From NCBI GenBank assembly GCA_963675515.1, contig OY776328.1, positions 1,470,001 to 1,502,000 on the forward strand: a stretch of DNA of 32,000 nt. Direction: 5' to 3'. Source of the DNA: Coprobacillaceae bacterium (lineage in GTDB: Bacteria > Bacillota_I > Bacilli_A > Erysipelotrichales > Coprobacillaceae). This document shows, piece by piece, positions 10,353 through 18,316 of this stretch. The stretch's first letter is position 1. Each line of letters opens with the position of its first letter. The position numbers and the translations under genes were made by a program. A model generated the notes under the pieces. The model was not told the origin of the DNA and made no database searches. It saw only the letters and a program-made list of their open reading frames with translations.

Positions 10353-10457
10353 TTTTTATATTGTACTATTGTATAACGGTATCCCGTTTATTAGAATACC
10401 GTTGGTAGGTAATCCAGTTGAAATATTAAGAGGGACTGAATTATTAGGAACAAAGAA

Positions 10458-10814
10458 ATGCCTATAATGATAGGTAACAATTGCTTTATAAATCAACGGT
10501 GTATAATACGCCCACATATAATAATTGTAGATAACGTATCCATTGCCCCAATGTTAATGCTATTGTCAGACACAAATGGAATCGGTAATGAATTTAAAAG
10601 AACAGGAAAAGCCGTTTTTAAACCTATAAAAATTGGAAATGGGTGTTGGATTTGTGCAGAAACGACTATTTTAGGTGGATTGAAAATAGGAGATGGAACA
10701 ATACTCGCTGCTGGCACTTTGGTTTATAAAGATTGCGAACCGAATTCGCTTTATGCTGGAGCACCTGCTATGGAGATAAAACATTTACAATTACAGACAA
10801 AAAATTGTAATTAG
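10458..10814 (+). pseudogene. Hexapeptide-repeat (LbH) O-acetyltransferase, apparently 5'-degraded
   Basis: IGNNCFINQRCII ... KIGNGCWICAETTILGGLKIGDGTILAAGTLVYKDCEPNSLYAGAPA is a left-handed beta-helix acetyltransferase core. It is only 118 aa versus about 180 typical. Upstream frame 1 (10351-10467) reads ...VGNPVEILRGTELLGTKKCL* and may be the frameshifted N-terminal piece. Confidence 0.55.
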
Positions 10815-11116
10815 GAGGTCTTCCGATAATACAAGTGCTTTCCAGTTGATTCTTACAAATTTGTCGTTTATTTTGCGATTATAAAGAACGACATTATAAA
10901 TCGAGACTGCTTTGACACCATACTGACATATATTCAATGTTTTTCACAGACTGGTTAGTAAAACGAATGCCATTTAATTCACAAATCTCATATGATATAT
11001 CAAATATTTAGCAATGTATTTAAACGTAGCCAGCTCTAACGAGGAAAATTTCAATTAATATTATCATGGAAATTGTATTAATATGCATATAAAAATTTGG
11101 AGGGGGGAATTGAATT

Positions 11117-12043
11117 ATGAGTGCAACTTTAATTATCATGGCGGCCGGAATGGGGAGCCGCTATGGTGAAGGAATCAAACAATTGGAAAAAATGGGGCCT
11201 AACGGCGAAATCCTGATGGAGTATTCGATCTATGATGCTCTTGAGGCCGGTTTTTCCAAAGTCGTCTTCATCATCCGCAAGGATCTTGAAGCGATTGTCA
11301 AGGAAACGTTGGGAGATCGCATCGCCCAAGTAACAACAGTAGAGTATGTCTTCCAGGAGCTTAGTGATTTGCCTGAAGGGTTTGTCTTGCCTGAAGAGCG
11401 CAAGAAACCTTGGGGAACGGGACAGGCAGTACTTTGCTGCAAGGATGTGGTCAAGGAACCGTTTGTGATCATCAATGCCGATGACTACTATGGCAAGACA
11501 GCCTTCAAGCTGATCTATGACTACCTGACTCAAGAACATGAAATCAAGGCGCCTATCGACCTGTGCATGGCGGGCTTCATCCTGAAAAATACCTTGTCCG
11601 ACAACGGGGCGGTGACCAGAGGGATCTGTGTCGTCGATGAAAAAAGCAAGCTTTCAAAAGTTGTGGAAACAAAAGGGATCTACAAAAACGAAGTCGGGGA
11701 AGTCATCCACAATGACAACGGAACCGATGTGGTCGCATGTCTGGACAGCCACGTATCGATGAACATGTGGGGTGGTTATCCCGATTTTATCGCAAAATTG
11801 CATCAAGGTTTTGTCGACTTTTTAGCCGACCAAACCAAGGACGAGCTGACCGGAGAATATCTGTTGCCGATCTTTGTCGACAGCCTGATCCAGGAAAATC
11901 TGGCCCAGGTCAAACTGTTGGAAACGACCGACAAATGGTTTGGCGTTACTTATGCAGCTGACAAACAAGAAGTAATCAGCCAGTTAGGTGAGTTGATCAG
12001 CGCGGGAAAATACCCAGAAAAGCTGTGGTCTGAAAAAATATAG
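11117..12043 (+). CDS. Sugar-phosphate nucleotidyltransferase (NTP_transferase fold)
   Basis: LIIMAAGMGSRYGEGIKQLEKMGPNGEILMEYSIYDA is the G-x-G-(S/T)-R nucleotidyltransferase N-terminal signature. Strong SD GGAGGGGGG upstream. Visibly GC-richer than the upstream locus. Confidence 0.75.
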   Translation: MSATLIIMAAGMGSRYGEGIKQLEKMGPNGEILMEYSIYDALEAGFSKVVFIIRKDLEAIVKETLGDRIAQVTTVEYVFQELSDLPEGFVLPEERKKPWGTGQAVLCCKDVVKEPFVIINADDYYGKTAFKLIYDYLTQEHEIKAPIDLCMAGFILKNTLSDNGAVTRGICVVDEKSKLSKVVETKGIYKNEVGEVIHNDNGTDVVACLDSHVSMNMWGGYPDFIAKLHQGFVDFLADQTKDELTGEYLLPIFVDSLIQENLAQVKLLETTDKWFGVTYAADKQEVISQLGELISAGKYPEKLWSEKI

Positions 12044-12369
12044 AGTATTATGAATCACGGTAGATTAACCTTTATTAAAATTTTTTCACTGTTTTTGTGA
12101 TTTGCTTAACATGCGTTTAGTAATTTGAAAGAAGTTGACACTTAGGGAGAGTGGCCAATTCTAACAATTTTTAAGGTTCTATATTCAATCTGTTTTGTTT
12201 TATATATTCCTTATGAAATTGCAATGTAGTAGATTGATTATTTTTAAATTAACCGTAGTTCCCGGGTAGAGTTTCTAACCACTCTGCCTTTGCATTAGAC
12301 TGAATACGCGGAAACCCTTATATTTACTTGATTTTTTAACTTTCGAACACTTCCTTTTTATGCCAAATG

Positions 12370-12403
12370 TGGTATAATGTGGTTAGAAGATATTTCTAAC
12401 CAC
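12370..12403 (+). promoter_or_regulatory. Extended -10 promoter (TGgTATAAT) followed by a perfect palindrome of the IR core motif
   Basis: TG at 12370-12371 and TATAAT at 12373-12378. GTGGTTAGAA-gatat-TTCTAACCAC spans 12379-12403, and TTCTAACCAC is the inner core of both terminal IRs. Confidence 0.5.
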
Positions 12404-12417
12404 GAAGGGAGAAAACC

Positions 12418-13923
12418 ATGTTTATCGCTTATGATATCAAAAACGGAATTGAATATGGCAAGGTTTGCACCTCGATCCGTGAGGGAAAGAAAGTCAAGAA
12501 AACGTATACTAATCTCGGACGAGTTCTTGATAAAGAGCGCGGAATCTTTCAGAACCGGTCACTTGGTGTGTTCACCTATTCCGTTGAAAACGGCTATGGC
12601 AAATCACCTGTGGATTTTGTACCCGATTCAAACGGAGACAGAGGAAAGATGAAACTTATCCTGGACTTCGGAGACAGCTTCTTCATCAATGAATATCTGA
12701 AGCAAACAGGCTTGGATAAAGTAGTAGATGAGATCGGATACGGAAATCCGGATACCCTAAAAGCGATGCTTTCCTACTATATATTGTGTAACATGGCTAA
12801 CTGCAACGCCATTGACTGGTTCGAAGGCAACTATGCGAGAATCCTGTATCCAAAGGCAAACCTTACCAGCCAGCGGATTAGTGATTTTCTCACCGCTATC
12901 GGGGATGAATACTCGGAGCGTGAATTCTTCAAGGCATATTTGGAATTCCTGTTCAGTAAAGACAACACAATCAAGGAAACCGGGATACTGATTGACAGCA
13001 CTGGACTTCCTAACGATATCCACTTTCCCTTGACGGCCATCAGTAACCATAACGGTCATATAAGCAATGAGGTAAGGCTGATCTATGTGACCCAGCAGGA
13101 TACCGGAATGCCGATATACTTCCGTTATTGTCCAGGCAACGTCATCGATACACCCACATTGGTCAGAACCATAGCTGAGTTGAAGGAAAGTGGCGTCAAC
13201 ACTAAATTTGCCATTCTTGATGCCGGATACTATTCGGATGGTAATCTCCTGCACCTATATGAGAACAAGATATCATTCGTCACAAGACTTAAGGAAAACC
13301 TGAAGCTATACAAGCACCTGGTAAACAACCATCTCGATGGCATCCAGGATAAAGAGAATTTCGTAAGCTATAACAGCCGTTATGCCTATATCAAACGGGT
13401 TGAGTGCGAACTTGTTGAAGGTTACACCGGATATGCCTACATCGGTCTTGACCTTGATCGGAAATCGAGCGAAAGCCATAAGTTGTTCCAGAAGGCAAAA
13501 GATCAAAAACTCAGTGATGAAGACGTTTACGAGAAGATGAAAAACAAAGGAATATTCATTTTGGTCTCATCGAGACGCATAGCGAAGGATAAAATCCTGC
13601 CGCTTTACTATACCCGGCAACAGGTTGAACAAATTTTCGACATCAGCAAGAACTATGCGGATCTATTGCCCTTGCGAGTGCAAAATGAGGACACCTTCAG
13701 AGGCCACCTGTTGTTAACGTTCATCGCAACTGTGTTCTGTAAGATGGTTCAAGACAAGCTGAAGGGTACCAAAATGAATCCTCAATCCTTGTTCCTGAAC
13801 CTGCGAAACCAAAAATGCAAAGTATATGATAATGCTGTAATCACTCAAGAAGCTTTCAAGAAGGCGAATGACTGTTACAAAGCATTCGGTATTGAATGCC
13901 CGGTCAGAATACCGAAAACCTGA
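12418..13923 (+). CDS. DDE transposase, IS4 superfamily (IS1634-like N-terminus)
   Basis: 501 aa. Y-(2)-R-(3)-E-(6)-K signature in LYYTRQQVEQIFDISK. Candidate catalytic Asp residues in LIDSTGLP and ILDAGYYS. SD GAAGGGAG upstream. Confidence 0.85.
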   Translation: MFIAYDIKNGIEYGKVCTSIREGKKVKKTYTNLGRVLDKERGIFQNRSLGVFTYSVENGYGKSPVDFVPDSNGDRGKMKLILDFGDSFFINEYLKQTGLDKVVDEIGYGNPDTLKAMLSYYILCNMANCNAIDWFEGNYARILYPKANLTSQRISDFLTAIGDEYSEREFFKAYLEFLFSKDNTIKETGILIDSTGLPNDIHFPLTAISNHNGHISNEVRLIYVTQQDTGMPIYFRYCPGNVIDTPTLVRTIAELKESGVNTKFAILDAGYYSDGNLLHLYENKISFVTRLKENLKLYKHLVNNHLDGIQDKENFVSYNSRYAYIKRVECELVEGYTGYAYIGLDLDRKSSESHKLFQKAKDQKLSDEDVYEKMKNKGIFILVSSRRIAKDKILPLYYTRQQVEQIFDISKNYADLLPLRVQNEDTFRGHLLLTFIATVFCKMVQDKLKGTKMNPQSLFLNLRNQKCKVYDNAVITQEAFKKANDCYKAFGIECPVRIPKT

Positions 13924-14205
13924 TATGTGGTTAGAAAAACCACCCGGGAACTAAGGATTAATTATTGATAATGACATTATTTGTGAGTTGGAAATATTCA
14001 CCCATTGCTTGTGGCTCTGTCATGCTCAGTTAATGGTGCTATTACCTTTTTAGTATATGATTAAATGGTCAAGTTATATGTCGATTCCGGAGATGAACGA
14101 CTAAAAGAGATAGAAGATAAGGTAGAATGAGGTTTAGTGGTTATTTGTGCGATATGAAACTAACCGATTCTTAAACCATACAAACACGAAAGAGGGGGAT
14201 TTATT

Positions 14206-15375
14206 TTGAAAATTACAGTCTTTGGAACAGGATATGTAGGACTTTCATTAGGGGTATTGTTGGCTCAACATAATGAGGTTGTAGCGGTTGATATTATTGA
14301 AGAAAAGGTTTGTATGCTTAATAAAAAAGTATCACCTATCAGAGATGATGAAATTGAGGAATATCTCTCTACAAAATCTTTGAATTTTAGTGCCACATTG
14401 GATAAAAAAGTAGCACTATCAGGGGCTGACTATGTTGTTATATCAACACCGACAAATTATGATGATAATAAAAATTTCTTCGATACTTCATCAGTTGAAG
14501 ATGTCATTCAAACAGTTATCAACTACAACCCTGATTGTACAATGGTAGTAAAATCAACAGTACCGGTTGGATTTATCAAAAATATGAAAGAGAAGTACGG
14601 TATTGATAACATTATGTTTTCTCCAGAGTTCTTAAGAGAGGGAAAAGCTTTGTACGACAATCTTTACCCTTCAAGAATTGTGGTAGGAGAAATCAGTGAG
14701 AGAGCAACTATATTTGCTAACTTGCTAAAAGAAGGTGCAATCAAGAAAGATATGGACGTATTGTTCACTGACAGTACCGAAGCCGAGGCAATCAAACTAT
14801 TTGCTAATACGTATCTTGCAATGAGGGTTTCCTATTTTAATGAGTTAGATACTTACGCTGAAATTAGAGGCTTGAATACCAAACAAATTATTGAAGGGAT
14901 TGGTCTTGATCCAAGAATTGGAAACCATTACAACAACCCTTCGTTTGGATACGGCGGATACTGCCTTCCAAAAGATACAAAACAATTACTGGCCAATTAT
15001 AATAATGTTCCTCAAAACATTATTCAAGCGATTGTGGATTCTAACCGTACTAGAAAAGATCATATTGCAAACATGATAATTGAGAAAAAACCTAGGATTG
15101 TCGGAATTTATCGACTGACCATGAAAGCTGGATCTGATAATTTTCGTAAGTCAGCAATCCAGGGTATTATGAAACGGATTAAGGGCGAAGGGATTGAAGT
15201 GATTATTTATGAACCGACCCTTAATGATGAAAAATTCTTCAATTCAAGAGTTGTTCAAGATCTTGATGAGTTTAAAAGACTTTCTGATTTGGTAATTGCT
15301 AATCGAAAAGAGGAAGATCTACATGATATTGAAGATAAGATCTATACTAGAGATTTGTATAGTCGTGATAGCTAA
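14206..15375 (+). CDS. ugd: UDP-glucose 6-dehydrogenase
   Basis: [29 protein letters not shown] (Rossmann GxGxxG), [24 protein letters not shown], catalytic-Cys region [11 protein letters not shown], 389 aa. TTG start 7 nt after AGAGGGGGA. Confidence 0.9.
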   Translation: MKITVFGTGYVGLSLGVLLAQHNEVVAVDIIEEKVCMLNKKVSPIRDDEIEEYLSTKSLNFSATLDKKVALSGADYVVISTPTNYDDNKNFFDTSSVEDVIQTVINYNPDCTMVVKSTVPVGFIKNMKEKYGIDNIMFSPEFLREGKALYDNLYPSRIVVGEISERATIFANLLKEGAIKKDMDVLFTDSTEAEAIKLFANTYLAMRVSYFNELDTYAEIRGLNTKQIIEGIGLDPRIGNHYNNPSFGYGGYCLPKDTKQLLANYNNVPQNIIQAIVDSNRTRKDHIANMIIEKKPRIVGIYRLTMKAGSDNFRKSAIQGIMKRIKGEGIEVIIYEPTLNDEKFFNSRVVQDLDEFKRLSDLVIANRKEEDLHDIEDKIYTRDLYSRDS

Positions 15376-15569
15376 TACATTTAAAGTAAGGAATAATAAT
15401 TAAAAAGTGGATAAATTATTCATGTTTTTGATAATCATCAAGTGCATTCATTTGGAATAATATGCCGTTCCCCCCCTGTGTTAGAATAGTTGTTCATACA
15501 TTGTTTTCCAGATAACTTATTTCCGTTGGACCAAAAGAGTCTTATATTGAACAATATGTCCGCAAGTGA

Positions 15570-16250
15570 ATGTCAATAAATTTTCTTACCAATGGGGACA
15601 TTTTAATAGTTTACCAAAGTGATGGTGATGCGGACCGTTGCATTGCTGTAGACGAGTTCGGTCGGGTTGTCGATGGTGACAGCATTCTTTATGTATGCGG
15701 CAAGTATGCAAAAAGCCATGGTGAATTGGAGAACGACACTGTCGTGACGACAATCATGTCCAACCTGGGACTTTACAAGGCATTTGATGAACTGGATATC
15801 AAATATGAAAAAACCGCTGTAGGGGACAAATACGTCAATGAAAACATGGTAAACAACGGCCATGTCCTGGGCGGGGAACAATCGGGGCATATCATCTTTT
15901 CCAAGCATGCCACAACCGGTGATGGAATATTGACATCATTGAAGGTGATGGAAGCGATTATCGAATCGAAGAAGACATTGGCTCAGCTGACGGAAAACCT
16001 GGTTATCTATCCGCAGTTGATGAAAAACGTAAGGGTAAAAGACAAAAAGGCCGCGCAGGAACATCCAGCCGTGCAGGCGATCATCGCTGAAGTTGCCGAT
16101 GAATTGGGCAACAATGGTCGGGTCCTGGTCCGGGAATCGGGAACCGAACCGGTCATCAGGGTCATGGTCGAAGCGGCAACTGACAAGCTGTGTGAAAACC
16201 ATGTCAACAATATCGTACAAGTGATCAATCAATCGGGAGTGGCAATCTAG
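15570..16250 (+). pseudogene. glmM: Phosphoglucosamine mutase, C-terminal half only (5'-truncated)
   Basis: Recognisable from DGDADRCIAVDEFGRVVDGD (metal-binding loop, about nt 15618 onward) through GGEQSGHIIF and RESGTEPVIRVMVEA. The full protein is about 450 aa. Upstream sequence is AT-rich and unrelated, and the listed ATG is fortuitous. Confidence 0.8.
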
Positions 16251-16260
16251 CCACTCCTTT
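16236..16260 (+). terminator. Hairpin overlapping the glmM stop codon, short T tract
   Basis: ggagtggc-aatcta-gccactcc (perfect 8-bp stem, 16236-16257), followed only by TTT and then an A run. Confidence 0.4.
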
Positions 16261-16270
16261 AAAAAACTGT

Positions 16271-16299
16271 TTGAAAAATATCGCATTTTAGGTTAATAT
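16271..16299 (+). promoter_or_regulatory. Sigma-70-type promoter of the hxs operon
   Basis: TTGAAA (16271-16276), 17-nt spacer, TAATAT (16294-16299), about 70 nt upstream of the SD GAGGGGGA and the TTG start at 16371. Confidence 0.55.
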
Positions 16300-16487
16300 T
16301 GTAATTATTTGTACGTTTTAAATGATTTGGAATATTAAAATACAGTAATGGTTAATTGAGGGGGATTATTTTGGAGAAAGAATATAAATTCAACCGGGAA
16401 ATGTATTCCCGGGAGTCACTAATCAAGGCTGCGTACAATTTCATTGATGATTACTATATCGGGCTGGATATGGATGAAGCTTACTAT

Positions 16488-17854
16488 GATAGTGTAAAAT
16501 ATTTTGTGTAAATAGGATTTCAACTTTTAAGTAGAAAAAAGGGTGCAACCCTTGTAAAATTAGTTCGACGAAAACAATTTACGAGAGGATTACACCCATG
16601 AACTATTTTACAACAACTTTACTTAGAAGTCTAATATCAAATGATAATAATCTGCCAGCTTTTGAGCAAGTAGTCTCAGAACTTTTCCGGAGCGAATTGG
16701 AGAATGCCATCAACGATATTTTGAAGTCCGAACTTACCGTTTTTCTTGATTATGAGAAATATGACCGATCTGAGAATTCGAATTCAAGAAATGGCTATTA
16801 CAACCGCGATTACAACACTAAATATGGTGTGTTGAACCTGCGCATACCACGTGACCGTCAAGGGGACTTTGATTCACCGCTGGTCCCTAAATATCAGCGA
16901 AACGATCTAGCTACCACCAACACTGTCATCGATCTATTTAATTCAGGGATGACCAACAGCGACATTGTAAAAACTGTTGAATCAATCTACGGCAAGAAAT
17001 ACTCCAGACAGACAGTTTCCAATATTACTAAGGAAATAGTTGCCCATGTTGAAGCCTTTAAAAATCGCCCGTTAAACAAGCAATACGCAGTTGTTTATAC
17101 CGACGCTACAGTTATTCCTTTGCGGCGCGATACCGTGTCTAAAGAGGCGGTTCATATCGCTATAGGAGTGACTCTAGAGGGAACAAAGGAAATACTAGGA
17201 TATTCAATTGCGCCAACCGAATCCGCAACAACATGGCGGGAACTGTTTGAAGAGTTCAAAACACGCGGTTTGGAAGCGGTTGCGTTATTCTGTACTGACG
17301 GGCTAACCGGTGTTGAGAACGCCATTGAAGACACTTTTCCGATGGCCAAAATCCAACGTTGCCTGGTGCATGTTTCAAGAAACATTACAGCCAAAGCAAG
17401 AGTGAAAGACCGTAGTGAGATTGCACAGGATTTTAAGCGAGTTTACAATTGCGAAACTGAAAAAGCGGCGAGTGAAGAGCTTAAGGAGTTCATCACCAAA
17501 TGGGGGCAAAAATACCCAAAAGTGGCAAAATCACTTGAAGAGAATTCAAATCTATTCACTTTCTATTTGTTCCCTGAATCGGTACGCAAGAGCATATATA
17601 CAACAAACCTGATCGAAGGTTTCAATAAACAGCTCAAGCGGAAAATCAAGGCTAAAGAACAATTCCCAAATGAGGAAGCTGTGGAGAAATACATCGTTTC
17701 GCAATTTGAACAATATAACCAAAAATTCATGAACCATACCCATAAGGGATTCAAAGGAATATCTTACGAACGTTGGTTCCTGCTAGAAGAAGAATAACCA
17801 AGATGATCAGTAAGAACTAATTTTACAAATTTACACAAAAATATTGACACTACC
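16488..17854 (+). mobile_element. IS256-family insertion sequence (1367 bp) with 8-bp target duplication
   Basis: Left end GATAGTGTAAAATATTTTGTGTAAA versus the reverse complement of the right end GGTAGTGTCAATATTTTTGTGTAAA. CTTACTAT occurs at 16480-16487 and 17855-17862. Confidence 0.9.
16598..17797 (+). CDS. IS256-family (mutator-type) transposase
   Basis: 399 aa. NSRNGYYNRDYNTKYGVLNLRIPRDRQGDFDSPLVPKYQR, VVYTDATVIP, FCTDGLTGVENAI and IQRCLVHVSRN are hallmark Transposase_mut motifs. Confidence 0.95.
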   Translation: MNYFTTTLLRSLISNDNNLPAFEQVVSELFRSELENAINDILKSELTVFLDYEKYDRSENSNSRNGYYNRDYNTKYGVLNLRIPRDRQGDFDSPLVPKYQRNDLATTNTVIDLFNSGMTNSDIVKTVESIYGKKYSRQTVSNITKEIVAHVEAFKNRPLNKQYAVVYTDATVIPLRRDTVSKEAVHIAIGVTLEGTKEILGYSIAPTESATTWRELFEEFKTRGLEAVALFCTDGLTGVENAIEDTFPMAKIQRCLVHVSRNITAKARVKDRSEIAQDFKRVYNCETEKAASEELKEFITKWGQKYPKVAKSLEENSNLFTFYLFPESVRKSIYTTNLIEGFNKQLKRKIKAKEQFPNEEAVEKYIVSQFEQYNQKFMNHTHKGFKGISYERWFLLEEE

Positions 17855-18091
17855 CTTACTATCTTGTGAAGATTGTTCCTAAAGACATTGCCAACGCTGG
17901 ATTGGATGCCGAGACATTCAAAAATGAAATCCTGATCCAGGAAACCCGGGCAGTGGTGGCTAAGCGTACGGGCAATTTGCGGGAAATGATCTATTCTCGA
18001 TCATTGGCTTCGACAATAGTTTCAGGGACCACACCTGAAGCGGGTGTCCAATGCCAAATGAATGCGCAAGACATCCTGGTGGACTGGTTTG

Positions 18092-18316
18092 ATGAAAATG
18101 AATAACAGAATGGATCTGCATCGGGACTTGTTCAGTGACAAGTTGATCTCACAAGCAATCGAAGACTATGCCCTTTTGGTGGACATCACCGTCGAGCATC
18201 GGGGCAATGATGACTACGCTAGGCTGTTATTCGATAATCCCAAATATGAACTGGCTTTGACAATGGCCGAGTTTCGCAATTACCTGATTGGATTGGTGCG
18301 CCAGGATGAATATTGA
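18092..18316 (+). CDS. Second, shorter HxsD-like small protein
   Basis: MKMNNRMDLHRDLFSDKLISQAIEDYALLVDITVE...ALTMAEFRNYLIGLVRQ has the same layout as the first gene (SLIKAAYNFIDDYYIGLDM ... ETFKNEILIQETR). The start is uncertain (18092, 18098 or 18110) and overlaps the upstream stop. Confidence 0.5.
   Translation: MKMNNRMDLHRDLFSDKLISQAIEDYALLVDITVEHRGNDDYARLLFDNPKYELALTMAEFRNYLIGLVRQDEY

Larger units (their letters stand above)
12253..13956 (+). mobile_element. Intact IS4/IS1634-superfamily insertion sequence (about 1.7 kb) with terminal inverted repeats and 5-bp ATTAA flanking duplication
   Basis: IRL 12253-12282 CCGTAGTTCCCGGGTAGAGTTTCTAACCAC versus the reverse complement of IRR 13927-13956 CCTTAGTTCCCGGGTGGTTTTTCTAACCAC (26/30). 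ATTAA occurs at 12248-12252 and 13957-13961. Confidence 0.8.
16371..18105 (+). pseudogene. hxsD: HxsD-like His-Xaa-Ser system protein gene, split by an IS256-family insertion
   Basis: The 5' piece 16371-16487 (MEKEYKFNREMYSRESLIKAAYNFIDDYYIGLDMDEAYY) and the 3' piece 17863-18105 (LVKIVPKD...AETFKNEILIQETRAVVAKRTGNLREMIY...) join in frame once the IS and one duplication copy are removed, giving about 119 aa. FKNEILIQE resembles the LLNDYxLRE signature I recall for HxsD. Confidence 0.65.

Noticed and set aside
11129-11539. 136-aa and 81-aa minus-strand ORFs inside the nucleotidyltransferase gene
   Set aside because: These are shadow ORFs typical of GC-richer coding sequence. The plus-strand product carries the clear family signature.
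12131-12175. Similarity of aagttgacacttagggagagtggccaattctaacaat to the IS3 left-end region aagttgactccattgggggagtggataggttacaat (28979-29015), possibly a solo IS3-type end
   Set aside because: The match is short, gapped and made by eye, and there is no second end or transposase remnant nearby. A proper alignment against IS3-family ends would be needed before calling it. It does leave the exact IS3 left boundary uncertain (28983-29000).
12757-13254. 165-aa minus-strand ORF inside the IS4-superfamily transposase gene; also the plus-strand ORF at 12377-12652
   Set aside because: Both overlap the 501-aa transposase, which carries the YREK signature. Neither has independent support.
14191-14208. 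Near-identical SD-start strings of ugd (GAGGGGGATTTATTTTG) and hxsD (GAGGGGGATTATTTTG at 16358-16373), considered as a shared regulatory element
   Set aside because: Both are a strong SD plus an AT spacer plus a TTG start. The similarity is too short to distinguish from convergence on an optimal ribosome-binding site.
15936-16286. 116-aa minus-strand ORF over the glmM fragment
   Set aside because: It is antisense to recognisable GlmM sequence and its His/Asp/Arg-rich composition is typical of reverse-frame artefacts.
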